Numbered from the stretch's first letter, positions 19,893-29,414 are shown. The stretch: 64,000 bases of DNA from an uncultured bacterium (GCA_949297805.1 CASFTG010000001.1:70716-134715); one strand, 5' to 3'. Notes: generated by a model from the sequence alone, not told the origin. Program-made: numbers and translations.

Positions 19893-20304
19893 ATTGGTTT
19901 ACCGCCCAGCCTTGTCGTGCTTGGATTTCGTTTGTGTACTGCCTAGTAACGATAATTAAGGCAACCACAGCCAAATCCGTAGATTTGATGACCGGCTAGT
20001 TAAGGGGCTTCGGCAAATTGCCTTATATAGATCGATATATGCTCAATACTATCCAATCAATAACGGCCTCTTTTAGACGGTTGCTATCGTTCAAATCCGG
20101 CAAAAGCATGATTTAGGAAAGGCTTTGCAGGCATTTTCAATTCGGATATCTGCCTTTTGCATTGTTTTTAAGCTCTCTAGGCTTTGTTTGGCTTATCGAT
20201 GGGAATTTATTCAAAGGACTGGGGGAATGCGCTGCAAAAGGCTTTTTAGACGTTGATTTGATGTTCTGCTTGCTCGCTATCTAACGTTGGCGACTTATGT
20301 GAGT

Positions 20305-20334
20305 AAAACAAAAGCCATCCGGTTAGGGATGGCT
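20305..20334 (-). terminator. Intrinsic terminator for 20355..22565
   Basis: agccatcc/ggatggct stem, followed on the minus strand by a U-rich tract. Confidence 0.75.
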
Positions 20335-20354
20335 GATGGTTGTGACGATAGCGA

Positions 20355-22565
20355 TTAGGCTTCGGTCGAGGTCGACGGGGTGTCGTCCCCGGTGGTGCCG
20401 GAATCATCGCCAGTCGTCGGCATGGTCGACTTGTAGGGGTTGGCCATGTAGGCTTTGGCATCTTCCGGAACGTTATCGACGCCGACGTCGGTGTAACTGA
20501 TGTGGATGTAATAGTTGGTGGTAGTGGAGAAATTGAAGACGAGGTCCATGGCAAACTCATCCTCGGTCACCGTGAAGTAGCAATCGCAGTAGTCATCGAG
20601 GTAGCCGGTCATGCCAAGGTAGTAAGCGGTCCAGAAGGCATAGGACTGGTTGACGTGGAAGAGCATAGTGTAGAAGACGCCGCTTAAGCCCATATCCACT
20701 CCACCTTGCATATAGGAGAAGTTCCGGTCCGGACCATAGGAGTTGAAGTAGTACTTGCCATCGCTAAGATCAGTGATAGAGGTCATCTCGAACAAGGTCT
20801 TTCCGCCGGTGGCTTCGGTGACGGATTTTGAATGGCCGAAGGAAGCGGTCGGGACGAGGATCGAATCGGCCCAGAGGTCTTTGATGGCGGCGTTGTCGGC
20901 ATCCTGAGTGGCGACGTTGAAGCCATTGCCGGTTTCCGCATCATAGATACCGGTCGCTTCATGGAAGGCGCCGTTGTAGATGAACTTCAGATCGGTGTGG
21001 TTGTTCTGGATGTTGGCATCACCCATGCTGAGCGAGGTATCGCAATAGACGTTGTTGTTATTGAGGTTGCCATAACGGGTGTAGATGGCATTCTCGTTGG
21101 CATAGGTCAATACCGACATCGAGGAGAAGATATCCTGATGGGTATCGGAGAACTTCATGTTGTCCGGGGTCTCCACCTGCTTGCCGGTGTTGTCCTTCCA
21201 GGCGGCGTCCATGGTCATGGTGTAGGACTTCTTCTCGGCCATGTTGTCGAAGAAGGCGTCCAGCGGGGTGACTGGGATCGGATCCGGGGTGGTCGGGGCT
21301 TTGACCCAGGCGTCGGCAGCGGCGAAGTTGGCGGTGCCGAAGTCGCTGACTTGGATATAAGCCGGGAAGTCTTCGTTGGTTCCGGAGGTTGAGGGGAGGG
21401 TAAGGACATCGATATAGTTGATGTCGTCCCCATCGATGATGGCCGGGTAGAAGGTGAGGAAGGAACTGCCATTGGATTCGCCAAGGTAGACCATGGCCCC
21501 GTTGATGGTAGCTCCGTAAAGCTCATCGCAATAGTAGACGATATTGCTCCAAGCCTCTGGGGAGATGGAGTCGAGCATGGTGGTCAACGAGTTGGAGCCA
21601 TCTTCCTCGATGTAATACATACCGGTCGCTTCGCCACGATAGGAGATTTCGTGGTAGCTCGAGGCCGGGACAGTGAAGGAACCAAGCCCCTCGATTTCCT
21701 TGCTGGCCGCGTAGCCATGGCCGATTTCGAAAGTATCGGAATCGATGGTGAACCAGCTCGCGCCGGTGGCATCGGGGGCCGCTTCGACGGTGAAGTTCCG
21801 CCAAACGTCATTGGTGGTGTCGTGGATCGACCCGCCTAAGGTATAGGTCTGGGTGGCCTCGTTGGTGGCGACGGGGTAATAGAAATAATCCTCAGCCGAG
21901 CCATAAAGACCCGAGATGGCCGAATAGGAGATCCAGTTTTCCTTGATTGAGGAGTAGAACTGGTTGAAAGCGACCTTATTCTCCGAGATGACGTAGCCGG
22001 TCAAAGCCCGGACGGTCTTGCCGGCGTGGAGGGTGACGGTGTATTCGCCCGCAGTTAAACCATAGAATGTCTGGCCTTCGATCTTGACGACGTCCGGGGT
22101 CGAGGTGGTGAGGTACCAAGAACCGACGCCGGTCACTTCGACGTAGTCGGCGACCTTGACGGCGTTGTCTTTGCCTGGGAGGATCTCGACCGGGAGGGCG
22201 TCATAGTCAACGTTGACTTTGCCCGAAACCCCGGAATCGGGGTCAGCGATGGTGATTTTGTATTCTTCTTTGCTGGTGCCGTTAGAGACGGTGATGGTCA
22301 CTTCGCCAGGGGCGAGGGGGGTGACGGTGCCGTCACTAGCGACCGTGGCGATGCTCTCATCGGAGACGGTCCAGGTCAATTCGCCGTCAAGCTTAGTCTC
22401 GATTTTGCCGGTGGCCCCGAGGTTAAGGGTGCCGCCATTAGCGATATTGACGATCGAACTGCTGGTTTCGCCCGGATTGTTGTCACAGCTGGTGGCGAGC
22501 ATCGGGGCGCCGAGAGCGAGGACCGCCGCTAAGCTGAGCAGGAGGTTCTTTTTCATAAATTTCAT
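20355..22565 (-). CDS. Acidic lipoprotein, type C-prime (Big_2 domain plus two repeats ending xDFGT/xDVG)
   Basis: Lipobox ATSC (start may be 22556); WTVSDESIATVASDGTVTPLAPGEVTITV; VSDFGTA and YTDVGVD repeat ends; Thr/Asp-rich tail. Confidence 0.85.
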   Translation of the reverse strand: MKFMKKNLLLSLAAVLALGAPMLATSCDNNPGETSSSIVNIANGGTLNLGATGKIETKLDGELTWTVSDESIATVASDGTVTPLAPGEVTITVSNGTSKEEYKITIADPDSGVSGKVNVDYDALPVEILPGKDNAVKVADYVEVTGVGSWYLTTSTPDVVKIEGQTFYGLTAGEYTVTLHAGKTVRALTGYVISENKVAFNQFYSSIKENWISYSAISGLYGSAEDYFYYPVATNEATQTYTLGGSIHDTTNDVWRNFTVEAAPDATGASWFTIDSDTFEIGHGYAASKEIEGLGSFTVPASSYHEISYRGEATGMYYIEEDGSNSLTTMLDSISPEAWSNIVYYCDELYGATINGAMVYLGESNGSSFLTFYPAIIDGDDINYIDVLTLPSTSGTNEDFPAYIQVSDFGTANFAAADAWVKAPTTPDPIPVTPLDAFFDNMAEKKSYTMTMDAAWKDNTGKQVETPDNMKFSDTHQDIFSSMSVLTYANENAIYTRYGNLNNNNVYCDTSLSMGDANIQNNHTDLKFIYNGAFHEATGIYDAETGNGFNVATQDADNAAIKDLWADSILVPTASFGHSKSVTEATGGKTLFEMTSITDLSDGKYYFNSYGPDRNFSYMQGGVDMGLSGVFYTMLFHVNQSYAFWTAYYLGMTGYLDDYCDCYFTVTEDEFAMDLVFNFSTTTNYYIHISYTDVGVDNVPEDAKAYMANPYKSTMPTTGDDSGTTGDDTPSTSTEA

Positions 22566-22681
22566 CCTTTCCTTTCGGCTATTCGCTATGAATTAGCCGT
22601 GTCTTTTCATTCTTTGCCGAATGAACGCCCATATACCATACGTGGCAAATTATAAAAAGCAAGGATAAGTTGCTTTATTTT

Positions 22682-22715
22682 AAAAAATAAAAGAGCCGAG
22701 AGGTTATCTCGGCTC
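22682..22715 (-). terminator. Intrinsic terminator for the M6 protease gene
   Basis: Perfect 9-bp stem gagccgaga/tctcggctc with a long U-tract on the minus strand. Confidence 0.8.
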
Positions 22716-22728
22716 AACTGATCTTGAC

Positions 22729-24807
22729 TTAGTCCTCAAAGGCGGGGTTGTCGGACGGGGTCTTGATGAAGTGGAGGGTGATCTCCTCGTCGGTCTGATT
22801 CTCGACGTGGAAGGTCCAGTCGAAGCGGGACCCATCGTTCCAGAGGAGGTCATTGGGGTAGAAGGAACGGGAGTAGTAGTTGGAGTAGGTGTCGTTCCCA
22901 TAGTAGCTTTCCTTCTTGGTGCCGGTGTCGTTTTTGGCTTTGAAGTCTTCGGAACCGAAGAGGTTAGTCATCAAGCCGAAGGAGGAATAATAGGAAGACC
23001 CGGAAGTGGAGTTGGTGGTGGTGGCGAAGACCGCTTGAAGCTCCCGGTTCTGAGTGGCGTTGCCGGCGGCGTCGGTCGAGCGAGACGGAGTGTTGTCGTG
23101 GACCCGGCGGGCTTCCGATTCATAGGTGCCGGCGGTCTTGTCGGTTTTGGCGGTTGGCAACGGGGTATCGGTGTATTCGGCGGCCAAGCTGGCGTTATTG
23201 AAGGTCCCGTCTTCGTTCAGGGTGCCCTTGTCGGAGGCGACCCGGGTGTCGACGTGGAAGATCTGAAGCCCGGGGTATTCATAGGTCCCGCCATGGCCAT
23301 AGGCGGCCGAGCCGGAGGCGCTGGTGGCGTTGCTCCATTCCGGATAGCCATCGCTGTCTTCCTCGTTGAGGCCGGTCGGGGTGTAGTACTGGAGCATCAA
23401 ATATTCGTCATATGGGGTCTCGTTCCACGGATCGCTGGTCGGTTTGACCAGGAGGAAGTCGCCGGTCTCGGTGAAGGACTTCAAGGTGATGGTGAAGTTG
23501 TCGCTCGAGCCATCGACGACCCGCGGGGCGACCCAGTTGTAGATCATCTTGGTGTAGGCGTTGTGGTCGCCGACGTTGTTGTCCATCATGTCGACTTGAC
23601 CCGCCGGGCCCTCGGTCCGGTCATATGAGTAGTAGTCGGGGGCGCCCATCATATGCCCGGTTTCGTGGATGATGGTGTGGGCGTCGACCGATTTTCCTTC
23701 CCAGAGCTGCCCTTGAGCGTTTTCGCCGGTGGCGGCGGAATTGTAGTAATTATTGGTTACGTAGTCGTAACGGGTCCAGAAGATTCGGTGGACGTTCGGG
23801 GAGGCGGTGTTCGGGGACATCCCGGTGTTGGTGGTGAAGTTCCACCAGAGTCCGCTTGAGCCGGCGTCGACGGTGCCGCTCATGCCCGGGGTGGCGTTTT
23901 GGGTGGTGTAGACGACTTCGACGCCATCGATGTAGCCATCGCCGTCGAGGTCATAATCCTTGGGGTCGATTTTCCCGGTGCTGGTGAGCCAATTGACCGC
24001 TTCTTGGGCGATTTGGGTCGAGAAACCGGTGTTCGAGCTCGAGATATTCTTGTCGTTATAAGGGGCGGTGTAGATGTCGGTGACCTCACCGGTGATATTC
24101 AATTTTCCGTAACTCGATTTTTTGTAATAGGAAGCAAGCGATTCCCACGGGGTATCGTCGGAATCGGCGAAGAAAGCCTCTTCGAGCATCGGTTTGACTT
24201 CGTCGCGGATGTTATCGGTGAATTTCTGGCCATCCTCGAATTCGACCGGGATGACGAGGATCTTGACGTTCCCGTTGGCCGGCATGCCGCCGCCGCCGAG
24301 GGTCTCGATCTCGTCGAAGTTCTGAATCTGGTATTCGGCCAAATCATCGACCGTATAGCTCTTATAGCCTTTGCCTTCGGCCGCGACCGCCGGGGTCTTG
24401 GCCTCGACGTTGAACTTGACGGTCCCGTAGGTGTAGCCGCTTTGGGAGTAGCGGATCTCGCAGGTGTATTGGCCGGCCGGCAAGGAGTCCGAGGGGCTGT
24501 ATTGCTCGCCCGACGCATCGTTTTTGATGGTATAGGTGGTCCGGGCCGAATAGTTATAGACCTCGGTCTTGCTGCCGTCGGTCAAGTCCTCGAAAACGAC
24601 GCTCGGTAAGCAGCCATCGAAGAAGGTTGAGCCTTCGGGGATGGTGGTTGCAGCCAAGGTGATGTTCAGACGACGATCGCCTTGCTCGATGGGTCCGCTG
24701 CTGCTGCTGCTGGTGTCGTCACCACGATTGCAGGCGGCTAGTCCGACGATGCTAAGCCCTAATAAGGCCCAGCATGCGATTTTAGTTTTATTCTTTTTCA
24801 TATCCAT
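22729..24807 (-). CDS. M6 family (immune inhibitor A-like) zinc metalloprotease, lipoprotein
   Basis: Lipobox LAAC; KILVIPVEF, SLASYYKKSSYGKLNITGEV, YDLDGDGYIDGV, HETGHMMGAPDYY (HExxHxxGxxD), DMMDNNVGDHNAYTK. Confidence 0.88.
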   Translation of the reverse strand: MDMKKNKTKIACWALLGLSIVGLAACNRGDDTSSSSSGPIEQGDRRLNITLAATTIPEGSTFFDGCLPSVVFEDLTDGSKTEVYNYSARTTYTIKNDASGEQYSPSDSLPAGQYTCEIRYSQSGYTYGTVKFNVEAKTPAVAAEGKGYKSYTVDDLAEYQIQNFDEIETLGGGGMPANGNVKILVIPVEFEDGQKFTDNIRDEVKPMLEEAFFADSDDTPWESLASYYKKSSYGKLNITGEVTDIYTAPYNDKNISSSNTGFSTQIAQEAVNWLTSTGKIDPKDYDLDGDGYIDGVEVVYTTQNATPGMSGTVDAGSSGLWWNFTTNTGMSPNTASPNVHRIFWTRYDYVTNNYYNSAATGENAQGQLWEGKSVDAHTIIHETGHMMGAPDYYSYDRTEGPAGQVDMMDNNVGDHNAYTKMIYNWVAPRVVDGSSDNFTITLKSFTETGDFLLVKPTSDPWNETPYDEYLMLQYYTPTGLNEEDSDGYPEWSNATSASGSAAYGHGGTYEYPGLQIFHVDTRVASDKGTLNEDGTFNNASLAAEYTDTPLPTAKTDKTAGTYESEARRVHDNTPSRSTDAAGNATQNRELQAVFATTTNSTSGSSYYSSFGLMTNLFGSEDFKAKNDTGTKKESYYGNDTYSNYYSRSFYPNDLLWNDGSRFDWTFHVENQTDEEITLHFIKTPSDNPAFED

Positions 24808-24829
24808 GCCTCTCTTTGCACGTGTGTGA

Positions 24830-24857
24830 ATAATATAGGTTCGCCGGATTTAGTCAA
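24830..24857 (-). promoter_or_regulatory. Probable SigA promoter for the M6 protease
   Basis: Minus strand TTGACT-16-TATTAT upstream of AGAGAGG RBS. Confidence 0.5.
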
Positions 24858-25053
24858 CTTATTTAGCGTTTTCGGGCGAACAATAGGGCAATATGCCCAT
24901 TTATGCTTACTATGAATTTTGATGAAAACAGCGAATTATTGCGGTCCTTTGTTTGCCGTTGCGGAATTTTTGGTTGGGATTTTTGATATATCGATTCTTC
25001 CTCGTTTTCCTTTGGTTATTGATTTATCGCCTATTTCCTCTAGTATTCGCCTT

Positions 25054-25458
25054 GTGAAAAAATCGTTTTGGATCGCTTTTGGCATCACCACGGGCTTCAG
25101 TTTGCTGGCCTTCTTCCTGATGCTCTTCCTCCGGGCGGGGAATATCTATTCGCGGTTAAGCGACGCTTTCTTCGTTGGCGGGACCATCGTCTTGGCCTTT
25201 CTTGGCTTCCGCGTCATCGGACGGAGCGGAACCTTTGACTTGCTAGGATATGCCAGCTACCGTTTCTTCGAGGCTTATCGCCATCAGGGAATGGACAAGC
25301 GGTTTGAGGATGCCGGGGATTATCATGAATACAAGCTTGAGCAACGGGCTAAGAATAAATTCGTTTGGCTGCCGTACTTCATTATCGGCTTAACCGAATT
25401 TGCCCTCGGCGTCGTCTTCATGATTGTTTTCCTGACTAACAGCCCAGCCGTTAGGTAA
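25054..25458 (+). CDS. DUF3899-like membrane protein (opp-associated)
   Basis: 3 TM segments; LSDAFF..G and SGTFDLLGY pattern; sits directly before oppA. GTG 25054 preferred over TTG 24919. Confidence 0.7.
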   Translation: MKKSFWIAFGITTGFSLLAFFLMLFLRAGNIYSRLSDAFFVGGTIVLAFLGFRVIGRSGTFDLLGYASYRFFEAYRHQGMDKRFEDAGDYHEYKLEQRAKNKFVWLPYFIIGLTEFALGVVFMIVFLTNSPAVR

Positions 25459-25560
25459 AAAAATCAAAAAAAGGTTGCATTTTTTTCTTCCTGTGGTTTC
25501 CTTTGCTTACGCGTTTTCCGCAAGCGCGCATATAAAGAAACGAAAGGAAGGCAAAAAACA

Positions 25561-28212
25561 ATGAAAAAATCAGTGTTCTTGATCGCCCTTCTCGCTGCTA
25601 GCATGGGTTTGGCATCCTGCAATAAGGGTGAAAAATCCAGTTCGAGCGGGAATGAGGATTTCACGTTACCTGAAATCACCGGTTCTGCCCCTTATGATCC
25701 CGGCCCCGCCACCGAAGGCGCCGCCACTGGCAATTACGATTATTCCCAAGAGGATTATGAGACTCGGGCCGGTGCCCTTTATGCCCTTGAGAAGTATGCT
25801 TTGGACAACTTCACGGCTGGCATCCCCCTCTATGACGACGCTTCTTATGAGCAGTTCTCCGCCCGTATCAAGCTGCCGTCTACCACCTACCTAACCAACT
25901 ACGGTTTCGGCACTGCCTATGGCACCATCGACCCCGATGGCGTCATGTACAACTCGACCATCAACGAGTCGGTCGACGCCTGGAAGAGCTACTTCCACGG
26001 CTATACCACCGTCGACTCCGGCACCTTCAACGGCTGGGACTCCAACGGCTCCGACGTCTCGGACCGGATGTCGATGATCGCCTCCGGCTACTTCGGCGTC
26101 CAGGCCAACGCCTCCAACACCGATTACTCCTGGGTCGGCTCCCTCTCGACCACCGACGCCCCCATCATGATCACTGGGCTCCAAGGGTCGGAGGTCCAGA
26201 ACCCGGCTGAGGACCAAACCAGCCAGTTCTGGCGGGTCAAGGTCCACTTCGGCGAAGGCTACACCTACCGGACCGCCGACACCTCAAAATGGAAATCTAA
26301 ATACAACGGCCGCCAGGTCGCCCTCGAGGACTACCTGACCCCGTTCAAGGCCATGCTCAACGGCCGGTTGCTCCGCTACGCCGACATGGTCTCCGACGCC
26401 TCGGGCTTCCAGGGCGCCATGGAATACGTCTACAACTCCGAGCTCCAGAGCGGGGCTTGGGAGGACAGCGGCGTCGGCATCCAGATCAATGAGAAGGAAG
26501 GCGCCATCGACTTCGCCTTCATCCAGCCGCAGTCCTCGGCCTACGCCCGGACCGCCCTCTCGTCCATGTTCTATTCCCCGGTCCCCGAGGAATTCATCAC
26601 TGATATCGGCAACGGCAACTTCGCCACCGGCGCGAAAACCTACGGCACCCGGTCGAGCACCGACAAATACAACTGCTTCGACAACATCCTCGTCTTCGGC
26701 CCCTATATCCCCGAATACTGGGAAGATCAGGTGCGGATCGTCTATAAGGCCAACGACACCTATTTCGAGAAAGACCTCTATCACTACGACGGCTACACCG
26801 AGGACATCTTCACCGGCTCCGACGCCGACACCCTCGCCTACAACGCCTTCTTGAACAACCAGCTCGACGAGGTCTCGATCCCGGTCGATGAACTCGTCAA
26901 CCACCGGAACGACAAAAACGTCCTCCGGACCGAAGGCTCGACCATCATCAAACTCAACATCAACTCGACCACCAACGAGCAGTGGGAGGCCTTCTTCGGC
27001 GAATCCGGCTCGGTCACGACCACCGCGAAGAACAACTACTGGGACGTCAAGCCCATCATGAGCAACCAGTACTTCCTCGAAGGGTTCTACTATGCGATGA
27101 ACCGTCAGGAATTGGCTGACCTCGCCGGTAAGAACCCGGCCGTTGGCTATCTCTCGAAGGCCTACATGATCGACCCGGCCGGCAAAGAGTCCTACCGCGA
27201 TTCGATCTATGGCAAGTCCGCCGTTTGGTACCGGCAGCAAACCGCCGGCAACGAGAATGCCTATTCCCGCTCGGTCGCCGAAACCTACTTCGATGCGGCC
27301 GGCACCCAGCTCTTAGCCGAAGGGAGCTACCGCAACGGCGACACCATCGAGATCACCGGCTACTTCCGTTACCAGACCACCATCGACAACCTCGGCTCCT
27401 ACATCAAGTCCTACCTTCAGGATGCTTGGAACGCGGTCAACGTCAACAAGGATGGGAAAAACCTCCCGCTCAAGGTCAACCTCCTCGTCGGCGGCACCAC
27501 CTACAACGACACCTACACCCGGATGGACGAAGGCCAGTTCGACTTCGCCGAAGGGGCGATCTCGGGCAACGTCTTGAACCCGCTCGACTTCATGAATACC
27601 TGCTCCTCGACCGTCGCTCTCAACCAAGGCTTCAACCTGAACTGGGGGGATCCGACCAATGAGGTCACCGCGACCAATCCGGTCATCTTCGATGGCAAAA
27701 TCTGGTCCTACGATGCCCTCTGGTCCGCCACCCAAGGCTGGACCATGGTTAACGAAGGCGTCACCTCGCCGGTCGCCGACAATCAGACTATGTCGCTTGA
27801 TTCGGCCAATAACCGGATCCACTGGCAGGCGACCTTCCCGGCCACCGCGACCGATGATCAAGGCAAATCGATCCTCGACTTCGAAATTCGTGACCTCGCT
27901 ATCATGGGCGGCTCGACCGCGACTCCGACCAGTGGCTACTACCTCAATGACAAGTCGGCTTATTCGATCAACACCGACCTCAACGGTTACATCAACGTCT
28001 ACGTCGATCTCGATGAGGTCAAGAGTCTGATCAACCAGTTACGGGCGAACGGGACCGTCAACTACTTCTCGCTCTACTTCTCCCTCGTCTACACCGTTGA
28101 CCTCTCGAAGGTTACCTCCGATAACCTCGATGGGCAGACCGGGTCCAACTCCAAGATCACCAAATCGGTCCTCGTCGACTCGGTCGGCCGGTGCTCCGAT
28201 TACGGCATCTAA
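25561..28212 (+). CDS. oppA: Oligopeptide ABC transporter substrate-binding lipoprotein (large, divergent OppA)
   Basis: Lipobox LASC; first gene before oppBCDF; FGPYIPEYW...YKANDTYF, FLNNQLD, YYAMNRQEL and GQFD features of family-5 SBPs. Confidence 0.72.
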   Translation: MKKSVFLIALLAASMGLASCNKGEKSSSSGNEDFTLPEITGSAPYDPGPATEGAATGNYDYSQEDYETRAGALYALEKYALDNFTAGIPLYDDASYEQFSARIKLPSTTYLTNYGFGTAYGTIDPDGVMYNSTINESVDAWKSYFHGYTTVDSGTFNGWDSNGSDVSDRMSMIASGYFGVQANASNTDYSWVGSLSTTDAPIMITGLQGSEVQNPAEDQTSQFWRVKVHFGEGYTYRTADTSKWKSKYNGRQVALEDYLTPFKAMLNGRLLRYADMVSDASGFQGAMEYVYNSELQSGAWEDSGVGIQINEKEGAIDFAFIQPQSSAYARTALSSMFYSPVPEEFITDIGNGNFATGAKTYGTRSSTDKYNCFDNILVFGPYIPEYWEDQVRIVYKANDTYFEKDLYHYDGYTEDIFTGSDADTLAYNAFLNNQLDEVSIPVDELVNHRNDKNVLRTEGSTIIKLNINSTTNEQWEAFFGESGSVTTTAKNNYWDVKPIMSNQYFLEGFYYAMNRQELADLAGKNPAVGYLSKAYMIDPAGKESYRDSIYGKSAVWYRQQTAGNENAYSRSVAETYFDAAGTQLLAEGSYRNGDTIEITGYFRYQTTIDNLGSYIKSYLQDAWNAVNVNKDGKNLPLKVNLLVGGTTYNDTYTRMDEGQFDFAEGAISGNVLNPLDFMNTCSSTVALNQGFNLNWGDPTNEVTATNPVIFDGKIWSYDALWSATQGWTMVNEGVTSPVADNQTMSLDSANNRIHWQATFPATATDDQGKSILDFEIRDLAIMGGSTATPTSGYYLNDKSAYSINTDLNGYINVYVDLDEVKSLINQLRANGTVNYFSLYFSLVYTVDLSKVTSDNLDGQTGSNSKITKSVLVDSVGRCSDYGI

Positions 28213-28240
28213 TATTCACTAGCGAAGAACCGTCTCTTCC

Positions 28241-28279
28241 AGAGCCGCTTCCCGCGTAGGCGGGGGCGGCTCTCTTCTT
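28241..28279 (+). terminator. Hairpin between oppA and oppB (terminator/attenuator or mRNA stabiliser)
   Basis: agagccgcttcccgc-gtag-gcgggggcggctct followed by cttctt. Confidence 0.65.
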
Positions 28280-28344
28280 GCTTAGATTCACTTTCGGGGT
28301 TATGGTTACCCCGGCAATATAAATAAGGAAAGAAAGAGAGAATA

Positions 28345-29412
28345 ATGAAAGACAGTACCAAATACGTGATAGAGAGAATCCTGTTCATTTTATTGACAGC
28401 TTTCATTGTTCTCTCTGTCACCTACATCCTCTTGCAGTGCATGCCACTGGAGCCGAATGCTACCAACTTCACCGAGGAATTCCGCTTCTGGCAGCAGCAG
28501 GTCACCCTTGGCTTCTACTATGAAATCGATGCCAGTACCCCGGAGGGGCTGGAGGCCATCGCCAATCATGAATACGAGCAGATGGTCACCATCAACTCGC
28601 AGAATTACTATTTCGCGCCTTATCCGATTTTAGTCCGTTATTGGAACTGGCTTGTTAACGTCGTCACTAAGTGGGATTGGGGCCGCTCGACTTCGGTCGC
28701 CCTCAACCAAAGCGCCATCTCGATCATCGTCATGCGCTTGCCGGCTTCGATGAAGCTCAACATCATCTCGATCATTATCTCGGTGCCTTTGGGCTTAGGC
28801 TTAGGCATCTGGGCCGCGCTTAAGAAGAACACCTGGGTCGATTCGCTTATCTCGACCATCATCATGATCTTCATCTCGGTCCCGTCCTTCGTCCTTATCT
28901 CTTTCTTATTGTTGGGATTCGGGAAAATACCAGGCTTCCCGATCCGTTGGCCGAGCCAAGCCAACGCCGCGGCCGATCCTTTGCTGGCCTTTGAGGCTTA
29001 CATTATTCCGGTTTTGTCCTTGTCCTTCGGCTCGATCTGCTCGTTCGCCCGTTATACCCGGGCCGAACTTTGTGAGGTCATGTCGAGCGAATTCTTGTTG
29101 CTCGCGCGGACTAAGGGCTTAACCAAGGGCCAGTCGGTCGTCCGCCACGCCCTCCGGAACTCGCTTGTTCCGATCGTCCCGATGATCATCTCCCAATTCA
29201 TCTCGATCCTTTCCGGCTCGATGGTCTTGGAGCAAATCTACGGTATTCCTGGCATCGGATCCTTGTTCGTCACCGCCTTAACCGGCAAGGACTATCCGGT
29301 CATCATGGTCGATATGGCCATCTACACCTTAATTGGCTTATTCGCCACCTTAATCGTCGACCTAAGTTATAGCATCGTCGACCCGCGTATCAGAATGGGG
29401 GCTAAGAAGTAA
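28345..29412 (+). CDS. oppB: Oligopeptide ABC transporter permease OppB
   Basis: WDWGRS, EAA loop ARTKGL...RHALRNSL, EQIYGIPGIG, VDPRIR. Confidence 0.92.
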   Translation: MKDSTKYVIERILFILLTAFIVLSVTYILLQCMPLEPNATNFTEEFRFWQQQVTLGFYYEIDASTPEGLEAIANHEYEQMVTINSQNYYFAPYPILVRYWNWLVNVVTKWDWGRSTSVALNQSAISIIVMRLPASMKLNIISIIISVPLGLGLGIWAALKKNTWVDSLISTIIMIFISVPSFVLISFLLLGFGKIPGFPIRWPSQANAAADPLLAFEAYIIPVLSLSFGSICSFARYTRAELCEVMSSEFLLLARTKGLTKGQSVVRHALRNSLVPIVPMIISQFISILSGSMVLEQIYGIPGIGSLFVTALTGKDYPVIMVDMAIYTLIGLFATLIVDLSYSIVDPRIRMGAKK

Positions 29413-29414
29413 CA

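Noticed and set aside
19687-20354. Possible CRISPR array in the long intergenic gap
   Set aside because: No regularly spaced direct repeats and no cas genes
6664-24807. Shufflon or phase-variable cassette switching among lipoproteins
   Set aside because: No recombinase in the window, and no shared DNA crossover sites or long homopolymer tracts noticed at the gene 5' ends
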